64,000 bases of DNA from a virus: IMG/VR virus record IMGVR_UViG_3300027747_000004, positions 46,995-110,994 of that record. One strand, written 5' to 3'. Both the position numbers and the translations under genes were made by a program. Of the stretch, positions 36,350 to 45,301 are shown piece after piece (the first letter of the stretch is position 1; each line of letters begins with the position of its first letter). Below the pieces are notes generated by a model, which saw nothing but the letters and a program-made list of their open reading frames with translations, searched no databases and was not told the DNA's origin.

Positions 36350-36984
36350 TTGCAAGGCCCGCCATTGTCTTTACGAAAGTGGCAGTACCTGCAATTTGCG
36401 TTAGGCTTTGGCGCAAAGATCTTGTCGTTTTCGATCTTTAACATGCGGTTTGTCATCCATGTTTTCATCAAACCAAAGTTGTCACGCGTTACAGTTGCGC
36501 ATGTTACAGGCTTTTGCAGGTCAATGAATGCTAGCTCAAGCTCAATAGTGTCAACTTCAGGGTACAGCGCAAAGACTAGCGTGGCATAAAGCCGCAGCTG
36601 CTCTTCGTAATCACGAAGTTTGCCTGTCTTCCAATCAATGATGCGAGCTTCGTTGCCTTTGATTGCCAACAAGTCGATCTGGCCCCGTAGCCATACATCG
36701 CTATCTTTAAAGCCGCATGATGACCAGTCGCGCCGCACGCCTACGTCATGCTCAGGCAAGACAACGTTATAGAAGCTTTTGATGTCTTCAATGAAGTCAA
36801 GCCAAGGCTCAAGCTCGGCAGTAACCAATGGAAACCCATCAAAAGCTTCTTCAAACTCTTTGTGGATACGTTTACCACGCTCTGCAGCAGGGCCAGTGGG
36901 CTCTTGCAAATGATCAATACGCGTAAGCTTGTACTTGTAGGGGCAGCCTTCATACGTTGAAATGCTGGAGTGTGAATAGCTCAT
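36343..36984 (-). CDS. PD-(D/E)xK exonuclease, Cas4/RecB-like with putative Fe-S cysteines
   Basis: SHSSI..Y..CP, G.RIH, GQIDL, IIDWKTG, QL..YA, C..C.F......C. Confidence 0.85.
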   Translation of the reverse strand: MSYSHSSISTYEGCPYKYKLTRIDHLQEPTGPAAERGKRIHKEFEEAFDGFPLVTAELEPWLDFIEDIKSFYNVVLPEHDVGVRRDWSSCGFKDSDVWLRGQIDLLAIKGNEARIIDWKTGKLRDYEEQLRLYATLVFALYPEVDTIELELAFIDLQKPVTCATVTRDNFGLMKTWMTNRMLKIENDKIFAPKPNANCRYCHFRKDNGGPCKW

Positions 36985-38798
36985 TTGGTTTCCTGATAGT
37001 TGTTGCCAATCTTGTAGTCACTAATCATTGGCACGTCCATGGTTAGTGCATTGCACATTGCATTGACCAAGCACTCAGCCTCACGTTCAAGCGCGTCAAT
37101 AGGGGCACTGATGACCAATTCATCATGCACACTAAGTAGCAGCCTGCTACCTTTACGTGTCTTCTGATACAGCAGCATTGCAGCTTTGGCTTGGTCAGCA
37201 GCAGAGCCTTGAATCAACAAGTTGACGCCTTTATAGTCAAACTCACGCATACGGCCATTGATGACCTTAGGTGGCTCCATTTTGACAAGCCTGCCGCCAA
37301 TAGTCTTAAGGGGCTCACCAAGCTTGTACCTTGTACGCATGGTTGCCTGCATGACCTTAAGTCCCGGCGCCACAGCTGTTGTGTAGGCATTCATCAGTGT
37401 GCGCGCCATGTCAAGGTCAACACTAAGCATATCACTGATTTTGGTTGGACCTGCGCCATACAGAATTGCAAAGCTTACGCCTTTTGAGTACGTACGACTA
37501 ACAGGCCTGCCACTTGCCTCGGTCATCAAGTTGGCTGCGTACGTATGCAAATCGGCACGTGCATCTGCCTGATACTGCTTCATGAGGTTGCCACCTTCAA
37601 AGTGGGCAAAGATACGAAGCTCTTGAGCATTGAAGTCACATGCAATAAGCTTGTGGCCTTCGTCAGGCAAAATGAAGCTACGAATCAATGGCAATGGTGC
37701 AACCTTTAAATCTGCAGGAAGCGTGACTACTGGATACCTGATGGGGGCGTTTTGAAAATTTGGTGTGGAAGATAGTCGTCCAGTTCGAGTTCCACCGCGC
37801 TCACCTCTAACGCTATTCCAGTTTGTATAGATTCGACCCGTAGTACTTGAAGCTTGTAGCCACGGTTCAATAAAAGTCGATAAACAAGTGGAAAGATTTG
37901 CTCGAAATCTGAGGACATCACGTAGCTCCAAGTTGGTAAGCATTTCGTCGAATGCCTCTTTAGTGGCTTGCAATTGCCCCTTGTCTGTTGCAGGCCATTG
38001 TTTATTTTTGTCCCAGTGCTCAGATGCATAAATACATTCGACAAGCTGTTGATCGCTGTCGACATTCAATTCAGGAGAACCTAACAATGAACGTACCCAA
38101 TCATTACAAAGCGCAATGTCTATTTCTGCTTGTGCCTTTGCTTTTTCAAGGCCTTCCACATCTACACGTATGCCTAGACTTGAGTTTTCAAGCAGCATCG
38201 GAATCAGTTCCATCTCACGGCGGTAAGGCACCAACTGCGCAGGCAAAACCTTTGCCTCCAAATAGTCGTAGAGCAAAGCGGTAAGCCGTACGTCAGCCAT
38301 TGCATAGCGACCCACCAGCGCCACTGGGCCGCGACAGATGTATGCTCCCCATGTAGACTTCTTTCGCTTGGCTTCTAGCACGTTCTCAATGACCCAAGCC
38401 TTTAGCTCATCCCGTTCGTCTGGTTGCGCAAGGCCCCATGTGACAACTAGGTCTTTGAGAGACAGAGAGCGAGTATGAGGGTCATGCAAAAAAGCCAGAA
38501 CAAGGGTATCGTTAATTCGATTAGCCGCAGGAGTGTCGAGCCCAAAATGTACGTTAATGACGTCCAAATCGAATGCAGCGTTGTGAAAGCATATCTGCCG
38601 AGTTGACGTGAAAATGGCTTTGAGTATCTCATGCACTTCATCCTTGGTGGCATTGTTGTCGTGTAAATGACCAAACGCGTAGTAGTCATCGCGTACTTCA
38701 CCTTCAGGGTCAAAGATAGCAAGGCCCACCGGCACTGGTGGGTACTTGGGCCTTGCTTCTATTCCCTCGGTTTCAAAGTCGAGGAAGATCGGTTTCAT
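36981..38798 (-). CDS. polA: Family A DNA polymerase with 3'-5' exonuclease
   Basis: LDFETE, HNAAFD, YAMAD; TGRLSS; motif A DFNAQELR; motif B RTYSKGVSFAILYG; motif C VHDEL. Confidence 0.95.
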   Translation of the reverse strand: MKPIFLDFETEGIEARPKYPPVPVGLAIFDPEGEVRDDYYAFGHLHDNNATKDEVHEILKAIFTSTRQICFHNAAFDLDVINVHFGLDTPAANRINDTLVLAFLHDPHTRSLSLKDLVVTWGLAQPDERDELKAWVIENVLEAKRKKSTWGAYICRGPVALVGRYAMADVRLTALLYDYLEAKVLPAQLVPYRREMELIPMLLENSSLGIRVDVEGLEKAKAQAEIDIALCNDWVRSLLGSPELNVDSDQQLVECIYASEHWDKNKQWPATDKGQLQATKEAFDEMLTNLELRDVLRFRANLSTCLSTFIEPWLQASSTTGRIYTNWNSVRGERGGTRTGRLSSTPNFQNAPIRYPVVTLPADLKVAPLPLIRSFILPDEGHKLIACDFNAQELRIFAHFEGGNLMKQYQADARADLHTYAANLMTEASGRPVSRTYSKGVSFAILYGAGPTKISDMLSVDLDMARTLMNAYTTAVAPGLKVMQATMRTRYKLGEPLKTIGGRLVKMEPPKVINGRMREFDYKGVNLLIQGSAADQAKAAMLLYQKTRKGSRLLLSVHDELVISAPIDALEREAECLVNAMCNALTMDVPMISDYKIGNNYQETK

Positions 38799-39562
38799 TA
38801 GAAGCGCGTCGATTGTGCTGCAGCTTCAGGGGCGCCATCATCACCTGCAAAGGCAACGGACTCCAGTGCTTTGGCGTTTTCATTAGTTGCACGCATAATC
38901 AATGCATTCAACACGTCAGCGTCTTGCACCACGCTCTTCATGGTGAAGGTCACCTTGAATTGCGTCTTGGCATCAGGCACAACAGCTAAGGTGGTTACCA
39001 CACCAAGCGTTGGGCGACGCAGCGTAGCAGCAATCGTTTGAATGTACGTGGTGTAGTTGCGAATGCTGGTAACCGGTGGGCGCAATGCGACAACCTCAGC
39101 AGCTTGCACAGCACTTGCGCTCGCAATGCTATCTGCAGGCAGAATCAACAAGCGGCGAGTCTCACGGCAAGCCTTGCCTTTGCCACCATTGTTAGCGGAG
39201 CCCCACTCATTTTGCGGGCAGCCTTCGCAGGTAGTGTGTTGCTTACCTTCAGCGGCGTCTGACGGGCCCATGCCGGTTGCAGCTGACGCAATGGCAAAGC
39301 ATTTCGGGCCCACAGTCTTGGTAGGGTCATAGCGGCTGTCGTAGTACAAACGCTCAATGGGGCCTGCCAAAATGACGCAGTCCAATTGGTTGTTGGCAAC
39401 AGGGTTGCCGCGGTACGTCAGCACGCCACTTTTGGTGGACAGGAATGCTGTGCCAAGGGTCGATTGCTCTGCCTTGACAGTGTCCATGGCCAATGCGGCC
39501 AATTGGTCTTCGAACAAGCTCAGCTGGTTCTTTTCGGGTTTAGTGATAGCATTTTTAGACAT
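38798..39562 (-). CDS. Conserved replication-module protein, possibly ssDNA-binding
   Basis: C...C..CP.N.WGS....GKAC motif; acidic/aromatic C-terminus; directly upstream of the polymerase. Confidence 0.5.
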   Translation of the reverse strand: MSKNAITKPEKNQLSLFEDQLAALAMDTVKAEQSTLGTAFLSTKSGVLTYRGNPVANNQLDCVILAGPIERLYYDSRYDPTKTVGPKCFAIASAATGMGPSDAAEGKQHTTCEGCPQNEWGSANNGGKGKACRETRRLLILPADSIASASAVQAAEVVALRPPVTSIRNYTTYIQTIAATLRRPTLGVVTTLAVVPDAKTQFKVTFTMKSVVQDADVLNALIMRATNENAKALESVAFAGDDGAPEAAAQSTRF

Positions 39563-39580
39563 GATGTTCCTAACAAGTTA

Positions 39581-39949
39581 CTAGTTTTTACGATACACGG
39601 ACAGTTCAAAAGACTTTGATGCCAAAGTCCCAGGTATTGTCTCACCGGCTTCCCATCGTTCACGGAAAATCGCTGAAGACAATCTTTTGTGCAGCAGCTC
39701 AAATTGCTTTGTTTCTGCTACGTATTCATAGAAGGTAGGCCAATCAACAATTGTAGGATTAGACACCTCTTTCATTGTGCATGATGCCTTGTCAGAGCCG
39801 GCCTTAGAAATGCCTTGCGCTGCCATTTGCTCCATGATGTCTGCTTCAAGAGCAGACAGCTTTTTTGTGAGCTCTTTTGCCTCTGCAGTTAGCTCTTCAC
39901 GTTTGCCTTTGACAGTGACAAACTCATCGATTAAGTCTTTAATGTTCAT
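39581..39949 (-). CDS. Coiled-coil hypothetical protein (replication module)
   Basis: Start MNIKDLIDEF overlaps the MazG stop; DW..FY.YV....F.LL.KR...GE.IPG. Confidence 0.65.
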   Translation of the reverse strand: MNIKDLIDEFVTVKGKREELTAEAKELTKKLSALEADIMEQMAAQGISKAGSDKASCTMKEVSNPTIVDWPTFYEYVAETKQFELLHKRLSSAIFRERWEAGETIPGTLASKSFELSVYRKN

Positions 39950-40334
39950 GTTTGTAGCTTTGCAATATGATTGCAATGTCGCCTTGCGGCGCAATCCAGC
40001 CTATAGGCTTTACAATGTCAAAGTGGTTACCACGCAAACTGCGAATATAGTCATTAGCAGGTTCTTTGCGCATGTTGGCTGCATGCACCAAAGCAAAGAT
40101 CGCGTCAAAGGGTAGTCCCATGGCATGAGCGCAGCCAAGCACAACGTATGTCAAATCAGCCAGTGCGTCAGCAGCCTCAGGCAAATCGCCATCCTCACAT
40201 GCCTTCATGTACTCACTAAGCTCTTCAAGGATGAACCTTGAAAAGTAGGAGCTTTCACTAGGGTCAAGTAGTTGCGGCTTATCGCCAATAGGCAATTGCA
40301 TTGCCTTACGGAACTCAAGGACTTTGTCGTACAT
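39939..40334 (-). CDS. MazG/HisE-like all-alpha NTP pyrophosphohydrolase
   Basis: EEL.E......D..E..DAL.DL.YV..G; VH.ANM.K; KP.GW..P. Confidence 0.85.
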   Translation of the reverse strand: MYDKVLEFRKAMQLPIGDKPQLLDPSESSYFSRFILEELSEYMKACEDGDLPEAADALADLTYVVLGCAHAMGLPFDAIFALVHAANMRKEPANDYIRSLRGNHFDIVKPIGWIAPQGDIAIILQSYKHEH

Positions 40335-40849
40335 TATGCAGCTTTCAAGGATGTGGCCCAGATGTCTGATAGCCAGTAGGGTGGAGGCGTAGTGCCTTTA
40401 AAGTACACCATAGGCATACGTTCGATTTTACTAGCGTAGAAGCGGCGGTATGAGTCAATGGTGTTGGGGGACTTGTATTCGTCAGGCATGGCCAACGGAG
40501 GGTCTTGCCACACAAGGGGCATAGCCAGCATGGCAGGTGGAGCTTTCATGAGCTGCTCGACAACAATGAGATGCGTTTTGTGGCGTTTGCCGTAGCGGAC
40601 GTAAAACTGCCGGCCAAGGGCCAATGCAAGCTCGACAACGTAGTCATAGTGGAGCCTGCTAGAACGTACCCAGACGTTGCTTGGGTGGTTTTTATGGGTG
40701 GGCTTATAGGACACATGGTCGCCGTTGCCAAAGTGGTGATGCGCTGTGGCCAGCATTTGTGCTGACTCAATAAGCATTTTGCCTACATGCTTGTCGCAAT
40801 GCATGCCTGCTGCAACAGCTGCGCAATGGTGGAGATAGAAGACGTTCAT
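40334..40849 (-). CDS. Pyrimidine-dimer DNA glycosylase-like protein (T4 endonuclease V family)
   Basis: MNVFYL...A..HCDKHV.KM.IE.AQML, Y..TH.NHP...W, RYGK.H, P.AMPD.YK....SYR.FY. Confidence 0.75.
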   Translation of the reverse strand: MNVFYLHHCAAVAAGMHCDKHVGKMLIESAQMLATAHHHFGNGDHVSYKPTHKNHPSNVWVRSSRLHYDYVVELALALGRQFYVRYGKRHKTHLIVVEQLMKAPPAMLAMPLVWQDPPLAMPDEYKSPNTIDSYRRFYASKIERMPMVYFKGTTPPPYWLSDIWATSLKAA

Positions 40850-40889
40850 AGATACCTTTCAATAGACAATGCTGAGATTATATAACAAA

Positions 40890-40968
40890 AGGGTGGGGGT
40901 ACTTGCTTTGCTGGTTTAGTGGGACTAAGTTGCACTTAGGTCTATTACCAGCATCAGCTTTCCCCCCG
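40890..40968 (-). ncRNA. Candidate structured RNA / terminator-like long hairpin
   Basis: Minus strand: GGGGG-GAA-AGC...GCUGGU...CUAAG-UGCAA-CUUAG...ACCAGC...GC-A-AGUA-CCCCC, followed by ACCC-UUUU. Confidence 0.5.
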
Positions 40969-40973
40969 AAACT

Positions 40974-41933
40974 TTATGCCAAGGCCAACAGGTCTTGTAC
41001 TGCTTGTTGCTTGATGGATACACCACCACCAAACCATGCATTGGCCAGTCGAGCATCGCCTGTGCGTGCTGTTTCCCAGTCCATCAGTTGAGTGACTGCA
41101 TTCAATGCACCCCATGCAGTACCTTTGGCAGATTCAAGATCTGCACCGATGCCTGCGCCGTCAAACAATGCCAGAGCACGTTGTGCTGCACGGCTTGGCT
41201 TTTTGTCATCACCACCAAGTAGCTTGGTAAAGATGCTTTGCGCTTGCATGCTGCCGAGCTTGATGCCTGCCAATGCTTTGGCAGTTTGCTCGAACGTTTT
41301 GAATGCTTCGTTGAAGTTGGCCAGCTCGGTTTTGACAGCGGTGGGATTGAACACCGAGTTGTGACGCACACTAACTTCTGCCTTGCCTTTTTGCGCCAGT
41401 TGCAATGTGTTGTTGCAAACAACGCGGACCGAAGTCAACCGAGCTTGCGTTGCCAAGGAACCATCGGCGGACGAGGCCAGAAGCAGGTACTGGTTGACTT
41501 TATCACCAGCAAGGTTGAATTCACCATCCATCCGTGCCAGTGCCCAGTAGTGTGCGCCATTGCGCAGGACGCCAGCTGTTTCAAGGTGGGCAATAGAGCC
41601 AACCATGTCACGGAAGAACTCAAGCACTTCCATGGGCTGCACAATTTTGTATTGGCTAGACACCAAGCCCAAAGGCATTTCGTTGTCAGTGCGGTACATG
41701 ACTTTTTTGCCATTGAACTTTGTGTGCTGAGGCTTAAAGCCATTCCACACAGATGCAGGTGGCGCAAACTGAACATCTGCAGTAGCCAATTGGAAGTCAA
41801 GACCAGATTCTTCAGCCCAGGTTTCAATGGTGGAGTCAGCAGTAAGTCGTTGACCCAAACCGTGCCAAGGGGTGTCACCTACGTAAGCCATTGCAGCTTT
41901 GCCGGTGAGAGTAGTTGCGAGCATGTGTGCCAT
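40974..41933 (-). CDS. DUF932-family phage/plasmid protein
   Basis: MAH...MAYVG.TPWHGLG; Y..VQP; ETAG.L..G; S.DGS.A; RVVC.NTL; GTAWG.LNAVT. Confidence 0.85.
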   Translation of the reverse strand: MAHMLATTLTGKAAMAYVGDTPWHGLGQRLTADSTIETWAEESGLDFQLATADVQFAPPASVWNGFKPQHTKFNGKKVMYRTDNEMPLGLVSSQYKIVQPMEVLEFFRDMVGSIAHLETAGVLRNGAHYWALARMDGEFNLAGDKVNQYLLLASSADGSLATQARLTSVRVVCNNTLQLAQKGKAEVSVRHNSVFNPTAVKTELANFNEAFKTFEQTAKALAGIKLGSMQAQSIFTKLLGGDDKKPSRAAQRALALFDGAGIGADLESAKGTAWGALNAVTQLMDWETARTGDARLANAWFGGGVSIKQQAVQDLLALA

Positions 41934-42060
41934 GATGATTGCCTTTCAATATACAGTAAACAAGTAAGTTAGAGGGACCAGTTTGTAGTTGCCTACAGTT
42001 GAATTGTACAGCTGTTTTTGCAACTTTTTCACGTTTTTGCAAAAAAGTTGCAAAAAAGTT
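41934..42060 (-). promoter_or_regulatory. Promoter region with A-tracts, TGTACAAT, a GCAA hairpin and the conserved leader
   Basis: Repeated TTGCAA/A-tracts; TGTACAAT at 42010-42003; GTAG-GCAA-CTAC; ATTGAAAGGCAATCATC-ATG. Confidence 0.6.
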
Positions 42061-42389
42061 CACTTTTTTACGTTCTTAAGGCGCCAGTCTTCCAAGATTT
42101 GCAGGACATGCCGCCGAAAGTTCTGCCGCATGATCAACTCTCCAGGCTCGTACATGCTCATGAAGCGTTGCAGTGCGTCCTGCTCGCCTTGGTAGTCACG
42201 TTGTGCTTGCGGCAGCACGTCAGTGTCCAGCTCACGAGCCAATGGCGTGGCGCCATAGATCATGTCTGTCAATGGCGCGTCAGCGCCTTCCTTTGCTTTT
42301 TTGACACGCCGCACTACTTCTGCAGGTGGCAGCTTTACTTCGCCAATGAAGGCTAGCGTTTCGTCAAGATCAGGCGTTTTGTCAGTCAT
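42060..42389 (-). CDS. Hypothetical early protein
   Basis: Start MTDKTPDL adjacent to the upstream stop. Confidence 0.6.
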   Translation of the reverse strand: MTDKTPDLDETLAFIGEVKLPPAEVVRRVKKAKEGADAPLTDMIYGATPLARELDTDVLPQAQRDYQGEQDALQRFMSMYEPGELIMRQNFRRHVLQILEDWRLKNVKK

Positions 42390-42390
42390 A

Positions 42391-42648
42391 TTAGATGCTT
42401 TCGTAGTAAGGTGATGCTTCTTTTTCACGCACAAACCGCGCGTATGGGATGCTTGATGTTGTAGGTGCATCCATAAACACGCGAGCATGCAAGGTTGCGC
42501 TTGTGTGGAACATTTCAGGGTACAAACTTTTAAGGGTTTTGGTGTACTCTTCCAATTCTACATTCGGCAGTGTGGGATAGTTCATGTCCTCACGAACTTT
42601 GCTTATGTCTTGTAGACGTTTATGTTGGTAAGCTGGAAATTGTGTCAT
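42391..42648 (-). CDS. Hypothetical early protein
   Basis: Part of the coupled small-gene array. Confidence 0.6.
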   Translation of the reverse strand: MTQFPAYQHKRLQDISKVREDMNYPTLPNVELEEYTKTLKSLYPEMFHTSATLHARVFMDAPTTSSIPYARFVREKEASPYYESI

Positions 42649-42815
42649 GTGTTTTCCTGTGCCTCTCGGCCTTTTCTATACGCTTCTGCCAATGCCGCTG
42701 ACATTCGCATTGACGCCTTGGCGATTTGCAGCATGACTTTCCTGACCGCCCGATTAAACGCTGTGCGCTCACGCCACAACTTTAATCTGCGCTTGTTTTT
42801 TTGTCGTACTTTCAT
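42645..42815 (-). CDS. Small Arg/Lys-rich protein
   Basis: ATGA coupling at both ends. Confidence 0.55.
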   Translation of the reverse strand: MKVRQKNKRRLKLWRERTAFNRAVRKVMLQIAKASMRMSAALAEAYRKGREAQENT

Positions 42816-43051
42816 GTGTTTTTCTCTGCTCGTTCGTTCCATGCGGCAATGGCGCGTTTGTTAGCGTCTGCAAAAGCCTGATCGCGCGTCTGCCCTTCAA
42901 GGATAGAGTGCCGCACATCAGGCGCTTGTGCACCGCAGGAGTTGCAGATAGCCACTCTCCATCGGTAGGTATCGCCTTCTACTACGGTCACCCCTCGATC
43001 ACCGCAGAATGGGCATGGCTTGGCATCGGGTACAAAGTATTGTTCGTTCAT
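42812..43051 (-). CDS. Lar-like restriction-alleviation family Zn-ribbon protein
   Basis: KPCPFCG...C..CGAQ.P...AIAAWN.R. Confidence 0.7.
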   Translation of the reverse strand: MNEQYFVPDAKPCPFCGDRGVTVVEGDTYRWRVAICNSCGAQAPDVRHSILEGQTRDQAFADANKRAIAAWNERAEKNT

Positions 43052-43257
43052 GTGTTCCCCCTTGCTCGGATTGCTTGATAGGCTTGGTATGCATAGAAAT
43101 GCTCTTTGCACAACTTCATACAAGCCTCACGCTCATCGGCGCGGATGAGGTCAATAAGTCTTGACTCATATGCTTCTCTCCAATAAGGCTCACCTTTGAA
43201 GTTGTAGTCAGCATACGCTTCAGCTTGCTTTGCAAGTTCAATGTCTCGTTTGTTCAT
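43048..43257 (-). CDS. Hypothetical early protein
   Basis: DEREAC..LC...AIRARG motif; coupled. Confidence 0.6.
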   Translation of the reverse strand: MNKRDIELAKQAEAYADYNFKGEPYWREAYESRLIDLIRADEREACMKLCKEHFYAYQAYQAIRARGNT

Positions 43258-43598
43258 GGTTTGTTCATCTCCTTGAGTTTGGCGTCTGCCCACAATGCTC
43301 CTGCGTAAAAAGATGCATTTGAAATAGTGCCTGTGTCCATTGCTTTTATTTCATCATCCGTCAGCCCTACCCACGGGCGCTGGGGTGGGGTAGCGTACAG
43401 GGGGATTGTGAAAGTTGATTTGTCATAACCATGCCCAAATAACCACAAGCTGCCATCAGGGTGCATCCATGCCTCAGGCTCCTGCGCTGGCTGTGCTAGG
43501 GCTTCTTGGACTGCTTTAATAGCGTTCAGTCGTTTTTCGTAGTCAAAATCCGACAACGCATCAAGCGCCAGCTTCAATGCTTCGTCTTTATTGCTCAT
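43254..43598 (-). CDS. Hypothetical early protein
   Basis: EALKLAL.AL...QPAQEP.AW...PLY..PPQRPWVGLTD.EI...AKLKE.N. Confidence 0.6.
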   Translation of the reverse strand: MSNKDEALKLALDALSDFDYEKRLNAIKAVQEALAQPAQEPEAWMHPDGSLWLFGHGYDKSTFTIPLYATPPQRPWVGLTDDEIKAMDTGTISNASFYAGALWADAKLKEMNKP

Positions 43599-43818
43599 GA
43601 GTAAAACCTCTCCAGTGTACGTTAGTCGCAAGATACATTGCCCAGCTTCTATCAGTTTTACGTTTTGCGCCACTTACTGTGTATGCCACTACGCACCATT
43701 TTCCCCCATCCCACTTTGCAAACTCCATAGGATTGTCGTTGATGCGAACTTCGTATACGCCTATACGCGCAGGGAAAATGGTTACAGGGAACCAGTCGGT
43801 CATAATTGACTGCATCAC
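43588..43818 (-). CDS. Small Trp-rich hypothetical protein
   Basis: TDWFP...P.R.GVYEV...WDG..W...WRG. Confidence 0.6.
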   Translation of the reverse strand: MMQSIMTDWFPVTIFPARIGVYEVRINDNPMEFAKWDGGKWCVVAYTVSGAKRKTDRSWAMYLATNVHWRGFTHEQ

Positions 43819-44072
43819 ACTCCCTTGCTCTGCACACGCAGAAAGTCATCAGCACCACGCCGTACTGCGCCCATGCTTTCAGGGACATATTGTTGCCTAT
43901 CCCACACACTCATCTGCGGCGGTGGCACAGCATTGGGGTCTTTTGGCATTGGCACAAAGCCACCACGCACATAGCGAGCTGGGTTCTTGTCGCCTAGCTT
44001 GTTGGGCACAGCTGCAAGAGACGCGTCAGGATTCTTACGCATTAGGTTGGGGTTACCGCGATCAACTTTCAT
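43815..44072 (-). CDS. Hypothetical early protein
   Basis: R.GA.DFL...S.G C-terminus; coupled. Confidence 0.6.
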   Translation of the reverse strand: MKVDRGNPNLMRKNPDASLAAVPNKLGDKNPARYVRGGFVPMPKDPNAVPPPQMSVWDRQQYVPESMGAVRRGADDFLRVQSKGV

Positions 44073-44203
44073 TTCAAAATCCGATCAATAAAAGTTGGGG
44101 TGCAGGTCTTGGGCAGAGGCACCGATGCGTACGCGTAGCCGAGGATGAACATGGTGGTAGCTACAGCGCCTAGCAGTGCAAGGAAGTCTTTGAGCAGTTT
44201 CAT
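44069..44203 (-). CDS. Small membrane protein, 44 aa (MKLLKDFLALLGAVATTMFILGYAYA...)
   Basis: Translated by hand; ATGA-coupled to both neighbours. Confidence 0.55.
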   Translation of the reverse strand: MKLLKDFLALLGAVATTMFILGYAYASVPLPKTCTPTFIDRILK

Positions 44204-44394
44204 TTGTGGTCTCCATACTGCGCAAGGTAGGCCTCAAGGCGAGCAATGCGGGCTTGGTTGTAGCCCACCATGCTTTTGGCGTAATCAACGCCTGTTTGTG
44301 CAGTTAGCAGCTCAAGATAAGCTTCTGACAGTTCCGTGGCAGCTGCCTCCAAGTCGGTCGGGCCAGCCAGCAGTTTCTTTAAATACTTAATCAT
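44200..44394 (-). CDS. Small helical hypothetical protein
   Basis: A..EL.EA...LL.AQ...DYA..MV.Y...RI.RL. Confidence 0.6.
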   Translation of the reverse strand: MIKYLKKLLAGPTDLEAAATELSEAYLELLTAQTGVDYAKSMVGYNQARIARLEAYLAQYGDHK

Positions 44395-44564
44395 GATGCT
44401 ACTACCTTCGCGTTGAGGATACAAGCCTGTCTCCAGGCCTCGTCCCAGATAGCCTTAGGGTCTTCCAATAGGTCCATGGCGTCTGCACGCTTAAGCAGCG
44501 CCACCCAGTCTTCAAATGCCTGCTCCCAATTTTGGGCATGCGGTGGATTGTGTCCAGTAATCAT
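44391..44564 (-). CDS. Small hypothetical protein
   Basis: Start MITGHNPP; ATGA coupling. Confidence 0.5.
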   Translation of the reverse strand: MITGHNPPHAQNWEQAFEDWVALLKRADAMDLLEDPKAIWDEAWRQACILNAKVVAS

Positions 44565-44656
44565 AGGTCCATTCCTAATACGCAGATCGTAAGAAAGTAC
44601 AGACCCAGCATGCAAATGCCGGACAGTACACCAATGCAGATGTCTTCGATTGTCAT
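44561..44656 (-). CDS. Tiny membrane peptide, 31 aa (MTIEDICIGVLSGICMLGLYFLTICVLGMDL)
   Basis: Translated by hand; coupled to both neighbours. Confidence 0.45.
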   Translation of the reverse strand: MTIEDICIGVLSGICMLGLYFLTICVLGMDL

Positions 44657-44877
44657 GCTGTTGCCGCCTCTTTTGCAGCTTGTTCTTCAGCTTCAGAAAT
44701 TGCAACAAGCAATGCTGCTGCCATCTCACGAGCTTGGTCGCAAGTCATGGCATGGTTAAATGCCATTGAGCCTGACACCTGACTTACTATGACCACAGGA
44801 TTGTGCGCCGACATAGTCATGCTGCTGACTGCAATGGGGTCTTTGTTCCAGTAATTTTTGATGTAAATAGTTTGCAT
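44653..44877 (-). CDS. Small hypothetical protein
   Basis: GGAG SD; MT..QAR.MA.AL motif. Confidence 0.6.
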   Translation of the reverse strand: MQTIYIKNYWNKDPIAVSSMTMSAHNPVVIVSQVSGSMAFNHAMTCDQAREMAAALLVAISEAEEQAAKEAATA

Positions 44878-44878
44878 G

Positions 44879-45130
44879 TTAGTCTCCAAAGTATTCGTCG
44901 GCTGCATCAGCCATGAGGTAGTGCTCGATCTCAGCGATCAAATCGCTGTTCATCTTACTAGTGATTTTGCGCTCAAGCCATGGCGCACGGCGGCCGCGGC
45001 GATCAAGGACATGGAATTCGCATTCGACGTAGGAGCCTTCAACGTCGCTGAAATAGTCAAATGCAACCACACCAAGTTGGCAAGGGATGCCAGCAACAAA
45101 AGTGTCGATGGTTGTAGAATAGTGAGTCAT
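44879..45130 (-). CDS. Small conserved phage protein
   Basis: GIPC...V......E.EF.VLDRRGR.A.WLERK; conserved leader upstream. Confidence 0.65.
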   Translation of the reverse strand: MTHYSTTIDTFVAGIPCQLGVVAFDYFSDVEGSYVECEFHVLDRRGRRAPWLERKITSKMNSDLIAEIEHYLMADAADEYFGD

Positions 45131-45142
45131 GATGTATGCCTT

Positions 45143-45301
45143 TCAAAAAACAGGGTTGTCAACTTCGCAAAGCTCAACAAAGACTTCTTTGACATGGAAG
45201 CCAATGCCGCGGTCAAACACAATAGTGAGGGCAGCGTCCTCGTCGATGGCTTCGACATCTACATGCCAGTCGCCGTTGATGTACACAGAAAAGATGTTCA
45301 T
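45143..45301 (-). CDS. Small acidic protein, 52 aa (MNIFSVYINGDWHVDVEA...)
   Basis: Translated by hand; coupled to 45298..45483. Confidence 0.55.
   Translation of the reverse strand: MNIFSVYINGDWHVDVEAIDEDAALTIVFDRGIGFHVKEVFVELCEVDNPVF

Noticed and set aside
36343-36984. Cas4-like gene as part of a CRISPR-Cas system
   Set aside because: No array or other cas genes; it sits in a standard helicase/VRR-NUC/polymerase replication module.
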